A DNA stretch of 62,921 bases, the filler included, from Sphacelaria rigidula (Eukaryota), in the NCBI GenBank assembly GCA_964200075.2. It is 9 parts of 9 records of this genome, joined end to end, with 100 filler letters (N's around TTAATTAATTAA, not from the genome) between each part and the next. Parts side by side here need not be neighbours in the genome. Positions count along the whole stretch, not along the records: positions 1 to 6,904 come from CAXNAA020017490.1; positions 7,005 to 13,907 come from CAXNAA020017491.1; 7 more parts are not named here. One strand, written 5' to 3'. The notes under the pieces are model-generated. The model made no database searches. It was not told the origin of the DNA and saw nothing but the letters and a program-made list of their open reading frames with translations. The translations under genes and the position numbers were made by a program. Of the stretch, positions 1 through 12,542 are shown piece by piece; position 1 is the stretch's first letter; every line of letters starts with the position of its first letter.

Positions 1-75
1 CTGATGCACCCACATACACCGAAAGGTGTAGACTGGTGCCCAGAATAAATGGGACGACAACACACACACACACAC
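1..75 (+). mobile_element. 3' end of tRNA-derived SINE family A with CA-rich tail
   Basis: Near-identical to ~14155-14225 (CCCACATATACCGAAAGGTGTAGACTGGTGCCCAGAATA.ATGGGACGACAACACA) and homologous to ~58910-58980. The start of ORF 36..665 lies in this repeat. Confidence 0.7.
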
Positions 76-1271
76 TAGACGCCATCACCTTAGGTCCCAA
101 CGAGTCGTGGAGTGCGGGGGCGCAACGGGTGTTGCTAGCATTTTGCGCGAGTCTAGCTAACCCAGACCGACCATACAGTACCGAAGCTACGTATTTCTGG
201 TCATTTGTCACCCCCCGGCAGCTAAGCGAGCTTTGCGACCGTATTATCCTAGTCATTCTGCCTAACCCGGTTGATACGCTAGGTCTACAGTCGATCCTCC
301 ACGAAAAGACACACGCAATCTGGGCCAGGCTGCAGCCTCTGAAGAGCGAGTGGCACAATCCCATGGGGGTAGCGATGCAAACAAGGGGGGACGTAGTCAA
401 GCGTCTTTACGAGGATTTCATACGTATCGTGTGCGCCCGCAACGTGGTACACAGCGACGACAGTCACGCCCGCCCCCAACCGCGGACTAGCAACCGCGGC
501 GCGGGACCTGACAGATTATTTTCACTTGAGGAAGTAAGGAACTTGCTACAGTCACCCCCGGAGATCGCCGCAATGCTCCAGCAAACTAAACCGGGGTCAC
601 CTCTCTTCCCCGAAGTGCCGCCGGCCCTGTCAGCCCCTGCTGCGTCCTCTAGTTCTCAGGCGTAAGCCGGCCACCACTCGGCAGCACCTTCCGTCGCGGC
701 GTTCAACAACCACCTGGGGGTCTCACCGGGCTCATACGGCGTGCCCTTCATGCAGCGAAGTTCGACACCTATCAACCCCGGTCCTCGCGCCACGACTCTG
801 GGTCATGCCGTCGCACCCCACGCGGCAGATTTGCAGCACAAACCCCTGGCACCGCCGTCTGGCAGCGCTTCGCCGCCACCGACACCCGCCACATCCGCCC
901 AACCAGTCGGTCCGGCCTCGACTCTCGAACCATCCGCACCGCTGATTACGGCCGGGCGCGACGCAGTGGTTACCTTCTTACGTGATCGTAAAATCTGCTT
1001 CGGCCACGCATTCACCGGCTCGTTCCGTCATCGGGGCAACATCCCCTGTCCCTGGGCACACGGTATCATCTCCGCCGCACACTACAGCGGCCTACCAGCC
1101 CGCCGCAGGACGGCCATTCCCCGGCGCCGGCTAGCCGTGCTTACAGAGGCACAATACTTGGCGGCAATCGACCTGGGTCTCATCGGCGAAGGCGACGACG
1201 ATGACGGCGAGGATATGCTGAGCGCATCCGTAAGCGAGGCCGCCGCTGGCGACCCACGAGCCGACGCGTGA
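76..1271 (+). pseudogene. Gag-like region with degenerate CCCH-type finger
   Basis: ORFs 36..665 and 741..1271 lie immediately upstream of the protease. Motif ICFGHAFTGSFRHRGNIPCPWAH. Confidence 0.55.
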
Positions 1272-1384
1272 AGACGCGCCCCAGGTGCAATTGATCTGGG
1301 GAACCTTCGCCGACCCAGCGCCACCACAATTTCCCAGCGTCGAGGGCGAGATATGGCATCGACGGCGTCTCCGTCGGCCGTGGC

Positions 1385-2180
1385 CGATAGAAGTCTTGCT
1401 GGACACGGGAGCGGGAGGGGGTAACTATATGTCAGGAGCGCTATGGCGCAGCTGACACAAGGCCAACATCCTGGACGATACGCCAAACCCTGAGGCGGCA
1501 GGTGTTCTCTGTGCAGCTAACCCATCCCAGAGTAAGGTTCCCCCAATGCGCATAATCGGTTCCGTAACTGTGTCCTTGCTATTGACCTCCGACTCACGGG
1601 TCCGTAATGTACCAGTGCGACTAGTAGAGGGCCTGCCGTACGGCTTCATTTTAGGTGCAGATTATTTTCGGTACAATAAAAGTATCCTAGATTTCGCCTC
1701 AGGAAAAGGGTTCCGCCCCTCGCCAGCGACACCGTGGATCCCGTTCCTGACGAGCGAAAGTCCTACCTACCACATTCAAGATATATTAGTAGCCCTACCG
1801 ACGGAAACCACCGCCTCCCTAGCTGCGCCCGCTTGTACGTCCATCCACAACTACCCCAACTACCGTGACATAGCTTGGGAAGACGACAGCACCCTAAAGT
1901 GGAAGCTGCGCTTGGTCGGACAAACGATCAAGCTCAGCGACTTCGTCAGCGCCGCGGTAGAAACAGCCGCGATCCATCCTCAGCCACAGGATAGACAGCT
2001 TGTGCTTGTACTCCCACAAGCAAAGTTCGGCCTGGACAAGGGGGCAGAGATGGGGATCGCGAAGGGAGTATCGTGGTGGTAGCCGGGGTCGCCGGTGTAC
2101 TGTAAACTTGCAAATAAAACTAAGGAGCAGGTAGCGGTGAAGCCCAATGGCACGGTCGCGCGTATGATAGCACTGAACGT
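1385..2180 (+). pseudogene. Retropepsin protease followed by a dUTPase-like segment
   Basis: EVLLDTGAGGGNYMS ... FILGADYF, then GIAKGVSWW*PGSPVYCKLANKTKEQVAVKPNGTVARMI. Confidence 0.7.
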
Positions 2181-2312
2181 ACGCGATCCCGCCAGGTTTC
2201 ACTCACTGTTTGACCCCCATCCGTCTACGACAGACGCCCCCGTGGACCCCCCACCCCGCGCCTCACGTTCAGACAGTAGTTACTCTCGGCCCAACCAAAT
2301 CCTAAAGTCAAC

Positions 2313-3760
2313 GTGAAGGACGCCAACATGGGCCAGCTTGGAGCAGCGGAAAAGAGAGAGCTGGTAGACACGCTGCTGAGCTTCATCGAAGCTGGCTTGT
2401 TCCCCACAGACCCCCAGCGGGTTCCCGCTTGTATCAACGGTGGGCTCGAACTCCCTCGAACCAACGAGTCATGTACGCCATTCGCAGATAAGCAACGTCG
2501 ATTTTCCCCGGAGGAACGTCACATGATCCGCGAAGAGATACGCAAGCTTCTTGATCGCGGAATCATTCGACCCTCAACCTCCCCGTGGGCAGCCCAATAC
2601 CTATGCGTGAAGAAAAAAGACGGCACCCTGCGCTGTTGCATTGATTGGCGTGAACTGAACAAACACTTTGTGTCGAACAGCGGGGGTCTCGAGGATATGC
2701 AATCCATTTTCGACGGCCTCAAAGGTAAGCGTTACTCCACCCAACTCGACCTGGCCTCCGGTTTCCACCAAATCGAGATCGCGGAGAAAGATCGCTTCAA
2801 AACGGCGTTCAGAGATGCAGATGGACTCTTATTCAAGTTTACACGAGCAGGCTTTGGTCTAATAGTCCTACCCGCCGCGTTCACCCGTCGGGTAAAAAGC
2901 ACGGTAGGACAGTTGGATGGAGTGTTCACTTGGCTTGACGATATTCTTATCGCGACCACATCCTGGGACGAGCATCTAGCCCTACTCGTGATCGTGTTAC
3001 AACGCTTGTTGGTCGCGGGAATCTCGGTGAACTTCGCCAAGTACATTTTTGCATCGGCGTCGCAAGCGTTTCTGGGCATACTGGTACATAGCAGCAGCCT
3101 TCAACGCGCGCCATCCAAGCTCGCCGCCATCGCCGAGATGCCCAGACCATCCACCGTCGAGGAACTACGTACTTTCCTCGGCCTCACAGGGTACCTGCGC
3201 CAGTTTGTTGAGAAATACAGCCTAGAAGCCGCCCCACTAACCGATCTGCTCCACAACAAAGATTTCGCATCCAAGCGTGCACGAAAGCTGTCCACACCAT
3301 GGAATACCGAGCAGGAAGAGGCGTTCCAAGCCCTCAAAGCGGCCTTGTCCTCGCCGAAGGTACTAACCTTCCCCGATCCCAACAATTCGTTAATACTGCA
3401 GACGAACACGAGCGAGGTGGGGGCTGAGATGGTGCTGGTGCAGCCGGTGGGGTGCGAAACACGTATCGTATCATTTGGCAGCCATCGATTCTCTCGTAAC
3501 GACTCGCATAGAGCACCCACAGCACGAGAGTGCATGGCTGTCTCGTGGGCTGCCCAACACTATAGATCATACTTGGCGGGAAGAAGGTTCACGTTGATCA
3601 CGGACTGTTCGGCACTCATACTGTTGTTCCGTAGCCGCGATCTCTGCCCCAAGCTACAAAGGTAGGCCTCGCTGCTAATGGAGTATGATATCGACCTCCA
3701 GTGGCGGGAGGGGTCCGAACATGTGCTGCCAGATGCATTGTCCCGACTCCCACACACGAG
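2313..3760 (+). pseudogene. Gypsy reverse transcriptase and RNase H
   Basis: 450-aa ORF with RT motifs (WLDD at the active site). It continues past a TAG into EYDIDLQWREGSEHVLPDALSR. Confidence 0.95.
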
Positions 3761-4289
3761 TGAGCCACAGCCCGACATTAATGACTCCTTTCCGGACGAT
3801 TTCACGTCGGGCTCGCCGACAGAATTTGTAGGCCCACAGGGACCACAACTCGCAGGACAACGACTGTCGGACCTACAACCGGAAGGAGCGGGTACGTCAG
3901 TAAGTGCAGACACAGGTATGCACTCATCGTCGAATGCTAACAATCCACTGGACATCGCCACCTTGAGTCTACTCCCTTTCTCAGAATGCGCAGTCATCAA
4001 CGATAACCAACCCGTGCGCCGTTCAACTCGTGTTCGCAGACCGTCAGTACGCCTGCAACCCCCCGATGCTGCGTACACAACATCTCTGCCCTTCACTCCT
4101 CAAGTTGTCGACCCGAATCCGCCCGCATAGCCAACGCCGATTGAAGTACCGCTACAGGTGCCTAAACCGACCATTCCCCCGACCACCGGTGAAGGGGTAG
4201 AAGTGGGTGAAGTGCTCCTAGCCGGGGGAGAATTGCCTACGAGGTTAACGGATCTGGACTTGACGGACACAACGGCGATCGAACGTGGA

Positions 4290-6099
4290 CTAAGGATACT
4301 CACCAACGTGAGCGATCTCCGGCACCACCAGCAAAGAGATCCCTTTCTCAAACAGGTGCAGTCAGATCTTGCAGGCAGCGAAACACCAGAGGCGGTGAGT
4401 GAGAGACGGTCAGATTACAAAGTAGACGAGCAAGTTATACTGTGGTACCGAGCAGCCAACGATAAGGAGCTGCTAACTGTGCCGAAAACGATGGTAGCTT
4501 ACCTATTGGCACTCGTGCATACACTCCACGAACATGTCGGAGTAGGCGCCACCCTTGCTCTGATACACGATCGCTTCCACTAGCCTACCATGACCCGTGA
4601 CACTAGACAGTACGTTCTATCGTGCAGCTGTAGACGACACCAGAAGGCAAACAGCCGTCAAATGGCAATGAGACCGGGGCGCACTTTACACCCATGGGCT
4701 GAGTTGGAAATCGACATACTAACCATTCATTGATGTGATGTCGCACCCGCGCGACAAGTACATTCTGCTGGTACTTGATCGCGCCTCCCGATTCCCGTTC
4801 GGATTTTCTCTGCCATCTAAGGATGCGGACGAGATCGCACACATCCTAGCAGAGTTATGCCTAACTTTTGATGTCACACAAATGATCCGCTGCGACAGGG
4901 ACAAAGAGTTCAGGGCTGATGTCGTCACGCATCTGTGCAGGTGGTTGAAGGTAGACATCGTTTTCGGGTCGTCGGACCACCCACGCGGTCAGGGAGCTGT
5001 CGAGCGACTTGGGAAATGGCTGTTGGACATGCTGTCAGAACTATGCAGGCTGTGGCCCCAGAGGTGGGATGAGTATGTCTCACCCGCCCTCTGGATCAAG
5101 CGCACATTGCCCGACACATCGCTCCCCTCTAACATGTCCTCTTTTGAGCTGCTGTTCGGCCGCAAACCGCGCACATCGCTAAACTCGCTCGTGCCCCTCT
5201 CACAAGAAGCAGAACCGAGCAAGGGACTAGATGCCTTCGTTGAACAGCGCAGACAGAACCTCCGTGAGGTGAGGATGGCGATGAACAAGAGGCAGGGGGC
5301 AAAAGCATCGTCGCGGGAGAAGGACAATACAGCCATCTCGAGGCCATCAACAGGCGTGTCGGTCACGGAAGGGAATCTGGTAATGGTGAGGGAGAGTGAA
5401 AGCTCCACGTATCGAGATGGCAGGGGCAGGAAGCTGCAGCACGACAGGTACACGGGACCTTGGACGGTGAAAGAGGTACTGATGGTCGGACACAGTCTCG
5501 AGGCAGTGATGCAAGGACGAAAACTACGTACTCGCACAGTAGCCCCGTCTGATGTCAAACCGTACCATGTACAGCCGCCGCACTTGAGACACTCCATTGC
5601 CGACGAGTTCGCCCAGTTCGCATGGGGATCGGACTTCAAGATATCGTCTTCACCCAACTCCTCACCCCGCCTCCTTACCCTAGTGAACCGCCGCGAGTCC
5701 AAATCGGGGAAAGGTGCAGGTTGGGAGTATCAAGGAAGGACGCAGAAGGGGGCGACATCAGATTGGCTTCCGGAGTGCAAAGTCCTGGAAAGCATCACAC
5801 CTCTGCAAATGGATGGCTTCCACGCACTGTGGTGTCTTTACCACCCGGCCAAGACACCAAGTACGCTATCTCGCCCAAGCATCCGCCACACACCCCTGTC
5901 ACGCAGTGACGCCCTAAACTTGTTCCCCATAGGTTATACGTTCTGGAAGAATTTCGGCGGGATCAAGCAGAGAGGACAAGTGTTCGACTACGGCAAGCGT
6001 TTCTGGAGAGTGCGATACGACGACGGGGACTGGGAAGCGAGAGAACTCCAGCAGCTAACGCAGTCGAGCGAGACGGCAACACCGCCAGTCACGAACTAG
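4290..6099 (+). pseudogene. Gypsy integrase with C-terminal chromo-like and Tudor-like domains
   Basis: QQRDP..VHTLHEHVGV zinc-binding remnant; rve core (VLDRASRF, RCDRDKEF, GAVER); GPW motif; C-terminal FPIGYTFWKNFGG..GQVFDY..WRVRYDDGDWE. Confidence 0.9.
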
Positions 6100-6904
6100 G
6101 AAGCGGCGCAATTGGAAAAAAAATAAAAGAGAGAAAGGCACTAGATGGGAGGAAACGTAGAAGTAGCAATCCTTCAGCACGGTACCTTGAGAGTGTGCAG
6201 TCTATATCCTGTTGTCTCCGGTTTTTCTTTCTCTTTTCATACGTATATAGTTGAGGAAGTACGAGCCTTTTCTTGAGTTTTTTTTTTTCCTTCTTTAATT
6301 TTCCCCTTTTCTTCGTGCATTTTCCTTTTTGTTTTTGACATAATATGTAGTCTGGCGAACGGAGCTCGTTGTATCAGCTGTTTCTTTTTCTTTTCACGTC
6401 TCCCCTGGGTTTCATAGCCGCTTTTGCTTGTTTTCTACAGCCCTTTCTGGTCCTATAGCGCCTACGCGGCTCTTCTGTTTCTTGGTTTTCTTGTCCCGAA
6501 TGGATGCGGAGTTGCGGTACCCTTTTCCTCGCTGTGTACTATTGCTTAATATATATATATATATTCCCTCTTTGTTCCCTCTGTGGTCAGTCCTAGTTTC
6601 GCTTTTTATTTTTTCTCTTTCTTTTTGGTATCTGTGAATGCGGATCCGACTTTAGGGTGCCCCACTCTTTTATAGAGAAAAAACATGTAGACATAGTATT
6701 GGAAAGGCACGCTCGTGGCAGGCGGCGTGCTCTGCTCTCAGTGTCCCCCCGCCCCCCCTTCACCCCTTGAATCGTTCGGTGTAGAGTGTAGGGAGAAGAA
6801 GAGGGATGTAGTCTATGCTAATAAAAGGAAAATGAAAAATGATATGTCCCCGGAGTCATCCTACGATAGGGGGGGGGGGGGGTTATTCGGTTGCACGAAC
6901 AAAA

Positions 6905-7004
6905 NNNNNNNNNNNNNNNNNNNNNNNNNNNNNNNNNNNNNNNNNNNNTTAATTAATTAANNNNNNNNNNNNNNNNNNNNNNNNNNNNNNNNNNNNNNNN
7001 NNNN
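6905..7004. other. Artificial contig spacer (N44-TTAATTAATTAA-N44); also at 13908, 20911, 27914, 34916, 41918, 48920 and 55921
   Basis: 100-nt spacers carrying stops in all six frames, recurring about every 7.0 kb. Confidence 0.99.
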
Positions 7005-7230
7005 TTCAAAGATGTTGATTCGAAACGCTTTCGAATCGAAGTCAACACGACCTCCCGTGTCAGTGGTCCCTCTCGATCCTCGAGCAATTGCTTCTGGATG
7101 TGATACTCGAACGGCAACGCGTTGAGGAATTTCAGGAGAACATGATTTTCGCTTAGTCGTCCATGCTCCTCGTATGAATTCAGGTTACGTGCAAGTTCCA
7201 CCATCTCGAGCAGCTTCTGCTCTGGATTAT
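7005..7230 (-). pseudogene. Ty1/Copia gag fragment
   Basis: ELARNL..SENHVLLKFLNALPFEYHIQKQLL..LTREVV resembles the Copia gag FL..LP.EY motif. Confidence 0.6.
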
Positions 7231-7239
7231 CACAGACGA

Positions 7240-10200
7240 CTGTGTGGTGCGGCGACGAAGCAAGAAAAGTGCAATTCGAGAAGGTCCGCTGGCCTGCAGA
7301 CGTTCACAGGTAGCCGGTTACAGCTACAGTTATGGCTACCGGCTCACGAGGTATGTCCACCATGACACCCGTGGTCATGCGGGAAGAATTGCGACCTTCC
7401 CAATACGGGGATAGATACGCAAAGAGTGCATCTCGCACTCTTATTACGAAGCACTTCCGGTACAAGAAGCGTGTCAAGCACGCTCACGCAGGGGTGCTGT
7501 GCGTCATCAGGTGGTGCCAATGGCTCAACAAGTGCCAACGTATGTGCAGAGAGTGTTTGCTCGTTTGGAGCATAAAAAAATCACAATCACCCCGCTGCAA
7601 TTGGTTACGGCGATCAGAAAGCATGCTGGGCATGCGGCAGGTACTTGCCACTGTTGTGACCAGGTCGGCCACTACGCGCACGATTGCCTAACGTCTTCCG
7701 GTGGAAAGTCTGGGCAGTCTCATGCCGCGCGCCATTAGCATCGTCAGCACACGGGCAAACGACGAGGTAATCGTGGTGGTGGCGGCGGTGGATCCTCCGG
7801 CGGTGGAGGGTCGCAGTCGAGTCCTCGGCAGCAGCAGCAGCGGCAGCAGCAGCAGCAGGGGCAGCGGCGTCAGCATGGGTCTGGTTCTGGGTCTTGCGCT
7901 GCTGTAGGTGCTGCTGCTTTGCGACGGGCGGTGCAGATGAGACCGACTTCTACAGTGTGGAACACTGCGTCGGCGCCGGTGGTGGTGCCGGCGGCGACAC
8001 CGGCAGCAGCGCCAGGCGCGACGCCTGTTGACGCGCTCGTCGGAGGGTCGCCAAATTCCTGGTTTGCTGGCTGGGGGTCATACCCGCCGGCGGTGCCGTT
8101 TGAACCAGCCGGGGCGTCTTCGCCTGCGCATCTTGCGCAGCCATGGCGTCAAGTGGGATTAGCGGCGCATAGGTCAGCGGAAGAAGTTCCCGTGGAGCTT
8201 GCCGACAGATACATTCCGGCGGAGTTATGTCTTCCGAATCAACGGCAGCGTGGAGCCATTGTGGTTCTGTCTGTGTTGGATTCTGGCGCGTATTTCACTA
8301 GTCTGCCGGTGCAGATGGTTGAAATGCTGGAGCGTCAACTCCCGTGTGTGCTGCTGCGCATCCCGTTTTCGCTCGGGGCGCGGTACGCAGTCACCGCGTC
8401 GGGTCAGCATGTTTCAGTCGCGCAGCGTACTGTTCCGTTGCAGCTAGCCTTAAAGACTGCTTGGGAATTGGCGCCGTTGCCTCCGATCTCGTTTGCGATT
8501 ATGCCAGGGTCGGATGGCGTTGTTCTTCTGGGGTTGCCGACGCTACAGGATCTAGGAGTTGATCCGTGTGAGCGGTTGAAGGGCTCCGTCAAGACGCGGA
8601 TGTCTCCGTCTGGTCCGCACATAGGGACGCCCGCCTTTTTGGGCAGTCGTCGTGTGAGCTTGTCGGTGGATGCAGGAGGCTGGGGGGCAGGTGACCGAGG
8701 AGCGGGATGAGGCGGTGGAACGCTTAGTAGAGCGCGGCCCGGGCATGTTCATGATTCCGGCGGAAGAGGAGTCCGCTCGGAAGGTCGCGCTGGAGGGCAG
8801 CGTGACAGATGCTGGGGCGACAGGCCTCAGCGTCTCAAAAGCGGAGCGCCTGCGCGGCATATTGCACTGCCGCGTCAACGCGTTTCGTCGTGCGCTGCGG
8901 GGTGATTCCCCTGCGCGCGTGGAGCCCATGCGTGTTCAGCCAAAACCTGGGGTGTCCGTGGTAAAGACGAAACCGCGGCGGTACGATCCAGTGAAGTCGA
9001 GTTGGTCGGCACTGTGCATGGCGGCTCTTTTGGCGCTCGGGTTAGTGTTACGGAATATACAGGCGGGGAGGTCCAGTCCGGATATGGCGTTTCCGAAGAA
9101 GGCTGCATCGTGGACGGAGGGCAGGCTGCAGGCGTGGGCAGCAGAGAAGGATCTGGTGGTTCATGCCGTGACGCTGTTCCAACCTTGTCCTGATTGTCAG
9201 GTGTTTATGTTTCCGTATGCATCTGAGTGCCATTGGGGTAGTTTGGTCATGCAGGTGCCTACATTTGGAATTGAAATGCCTGTGCACGCTGTGGCTATGC
9301 ATGGTCCGTGTGAATCTGATGGCTCGATGCCGTCCAAATATGTTGTCCGCCAACCCCAACGAAAAGATCTTGGGGCCGAAGATGTGGATGTGCAACCTTT
9401 CGAGTCGGACGTTGGTACTGCTATCTTTGACAATAAAGGTCTATTTCGTGTGCATGTGCGTGGCCGAAACGTTTAGTGGATTCCGAGCTCTGACAAGCAG
9501 TTGCAGTTACGTCTGATGATTCGCGCGCACATGCGTGACGCCGGGCATCGTGGTGTGGCTGCGACGCTCGTGCACTTGCAAGAGTTTTGTGTCTGGCAGG
9601 GGATAGAAACTCATGTGCGCGAATTTGTCCGCCAGTGTCTTCACTGTACTGACTCGAGGGCGGGCGATGATGTTCCCCGCCCGCTCGGCGAAACGGTCCA
9701 TGGGACCACGCCGAGTGAAGTCGTTCATTTTGACTTATTTACGTGGGCGAGAGTGGCCCGCTAGCTTCCCAAGGTTTGTCGGAGGATCCTGGGTTTCGAT
9801 ACATTTTGGTAATCATGGATGATTTGAGCAACTTTGTGGCTCTGGGACCAGTAGCAGTGTGTACTGCTGAATCGACTGCTGCATCCTTGCTGAAATGGTG
9901 CAAAACTTTGGGGGTGCCGCGTGTGTGGGTGAGTGATTTCGCCACGCATTTCAAGAATGTGATCTCGGCCCGATTGCGAGAGGCTTTGCGCGTTGATCAC
10001 CAGTTTGCGGTAGCGTATTCTCCGTAGTCGAACGGTACATGCGAACGCATGTCAAGGAAGTAGTTCGTGCTCTTCGCTCTATTCTTCTCGAGCAGCGAAG
10101 AGCGGTTTCCGAGTGGGTGGACGCGTTGCCGGCGGTGCAATGGGCGCTTAATACAGCGTATCGCCGTCTTTACGATAGTACGCAGTACCACGTGATGTTT

Positions 10201-11214
10201 GGTCGTGCCCCTCGGAAATCTTTCTCGGTGCTGGTGTCTTCGTTGGCGGGGGAAGGGAGGTGTGATGTCTTTGACGATGTTCAAATAATGAGTGCATTGC
10301 AAGGATCCTTGGACATGCAAGAACGTTTCCACGTTCAAGTGCAGGCACATGTCGCCGCTGAACGTACGCGTAGACGTGAGGGGTCCTCGTCGGGGCTAGA
10401 ATTGCCGAATTTTGAGGTAGGCGACTATGTCTTGTATGCACGCGTGCGTCGCCCGGGTGTTACGCCCAAGTTGATGGTGACGTGGACTGGTCCATGGAGA
10501 GTGGTTGGTGCTCACCACCCGCACGTGTTCGAGATTTAGAACATTGTTTCAGATCGTGTTCAGACCGCCCATGTAGCTCCTTTGCGTTATTATGCAGACT
10601 CGCAGCTTAATGTTACGGCTGACGGTAAGGACGTGTTCCAGAATGCTTTGAATCAGGGGCAATTTCAGATGGCTGGTTTTGTCCGAGTGGTAGAAGCAGG
10701 TGATCGTTCGTTGATCGTGCTGGTGGACTGGGTTGGTTTCGAAGTTGAGGAGCGTACGTGGGAGCCTTCCAAGGATATTTTTGAGGCCGCTCCGGAATTT
10801 CTTACGAAGGGGTTGCGTAAATTGCGCGTGACTCGTGCCGTTGCTGCTCGGAATCCAAGTGAGTTTGGTATTCAATTGGGACTCACTCATCGTTTTGGCG
10901 TTTTTTATGTGTCAAACTTGTTGATCGATTTTCGTCCAACGCGCTTTGGGGGTGCTGTGACGAAAAATACGCCGTGAGTTGAGTTGGTAGTGATGATATG
11001 GATAATGACTAGAGGCACGGCGATTCTGGAGGGTTCTGGATAATGACCGGGGACACGGAGATGGTATCTGCAGGTCTAGAAAGCTGATGCTCTGGACAGG
11101 CACTCCTGAATAATGAGAATGTTGTAAAGGCTGACAACCGAAACTGAGGCCGGTAAGACTGGGGAGTCCCTCAAGAGCAGTGATCCAACAGTGCTTCCAC
11201 TGGCTGGCGTCACA
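7240..11214 (+). mobile_element. Internally deleted chromodomain-bearing Gypsy element 2 with 3' LTR
   Basis: CCHC knuckle CHCCDQVGHYAHDC (~7645-7690); protease VLDSGA; RT start jumping to the RT end; integrase HMRDAGHRG..CLHC, VSDFATHF, TWTGPW; chromodomain LVDWVGFEVEERTWEP. Confidence 0.92.
10956..11214 (+). repeat. 3' LTR of Gypsy 2
   Basis: Perfect 7-bp inverted termini TGTGACG...CGTCACA, directly after a G-rich PPT-like tract. Confidence 0.85.
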
Positions 11215-12151
11215 AGTAATGAGCAGCAGTTCAGTACTGTTTCTTTCTTTTCATTGGAACAGCTGTTCAGTATTTATTTTTTCTACTCTCTTCGGGTCTG
11301 TTTTCACTCGTGTTTCCCGTTGATCATGAGCTCACCTATATATCTTGCTATCGTTTCCGGCTTTATTTCCTGACTTTATATCGTTCGATCTTGATTTCTT
11401 GGAGGGGAGACATGGTCCACCATCCTAATTGTTTTGCCTCTTTTTCGGGTCAGAACGTTTCCCTTAGGCCCTCATCTCTTTTTCTCTGTTCGGTTTCCTG
11501 GTCTGGATTCCATTTGTTCTTTTTTCCTCTTCCGTTTTGGTTTCTCTTGACTACGGAGGATCTGATCCTGTTTCTCGAGTTAGTCCTTCCTCTTCTTTAG
11601 TTTTCACGTTTCATGTGTACAATATCTGTTTTCATGTTTCATGAGTTGTTTTTTCGCATTATGGACCCGGTATGTCCTTTCGACTTTTCCTTCATGTTTT
11701 GTTTTCCTTTTTTCCCTTTCTTTTTTTCTTGCGGGCCTGGTTTGTTCCTCTAGCACTATTTTTCGGGGTCTCTTTTCCTTTTCACGTTTTCGCGGGGTTG
11801 ATATAGCCCCGCTCTTTGTTTTTTTTCCCCCGGTCTTGCATCTCGTGAGGATAATTTTTCATTCATCACCCTTCTTTGTCCACGGGGAACGTTGACTCGA
11901 CTTTAGGGCGCCCCACCCTCTCCATGTAGAAATATTCATGCGTGGGCATTGCACAGGAGGGTTGGCGCCGAGTACCTGCTGGGACGCGGTATCGTGACTG
12001 AACTGTTGATCTACGATGTAGTCCCCCAGTGTCCAGTAGATTAGAGGGTACTGGTCGATAGGGGGAAAAGTGTGCAGCGCTCCCATCAACCAGTAAACGC
12101 TTTCTTGGGGTTATTTTTAGTGGTTCAGCTCTTTGTAAATACCACACTACC
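11215..12151 (+). mobile_element. T-rich 3' UTR/LTR remnant related to Gypsy 1
   Basis: CGACTTTAGGG(C/T)GCCCCAC followed by CATGTAGA occurs at both ~11898-11931 and ~6647-6692, each after a T-rich tract. Confidence 0.5.
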
Positions 12152-12542
12152 CAGGAATGGCATAACCAATCAGGGATGTCTAAGCACCGTTACTATTTGA
12201 AAATAGTCATGTTCCATTTTCGGTAGTTTCTGTTCTCCAGTCTAACTGAGATCCCGGGAAGACATGGCACATGCAGAAGCAGTCACCATGATCTAAAAGG
12301 GCGTGAGAGATTTTTTTCCCCAAGCGATGAGTTTTTTTTCTGAAAACCAGGTTTTGCCCATCCTTCCGATCATGACGAGTTTTCCCGCGGTTAATCTTAG
12401 CCCCGAAATTCTGCGTTTTTTTCGTCGTTGACGTGATATTAGGCTGATGGCATACAGACTTTGGGGAATTACCCCCGGAGTGTACTGAGCTGTGACTTTC
12501 CTCACCTTCCATTAGTAGCGTGCACAAAGCAAGGGAGGGGGA

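Larger units (their letters stand above)
76..6700 (+). mobile_element. Degenerate Ty3/Gypsy LTR retrotransposon 1 (gag-PR-RT-RNaseH-IN)
   Basis: Gypsy domain order. Protease LLDTGAG at ~1395-1415; RT SPWAAQ..VKKKDGTLRCCIDWRELN, LDLASGFHQI, WLDDIL; RNase H ARECMAV..FTLITD; integrase GQGAVER and YTGPW. Stops and frameshifts present; T-rich 3' UTR. Confidence 0.93.

Noticed and set aside
4989-5702. Long antisense ORFs over pol genes (also 3560-4096 and 60117-60848)
   Set aside because: Shadow ORFs of GC-rich coding sequence on the opposite strand.
6949-6960. Recurrent TTAATTAATTAA motif at ~7-kb spacing
   Set aside because: Assembly linker embedded in Ns, not biological.
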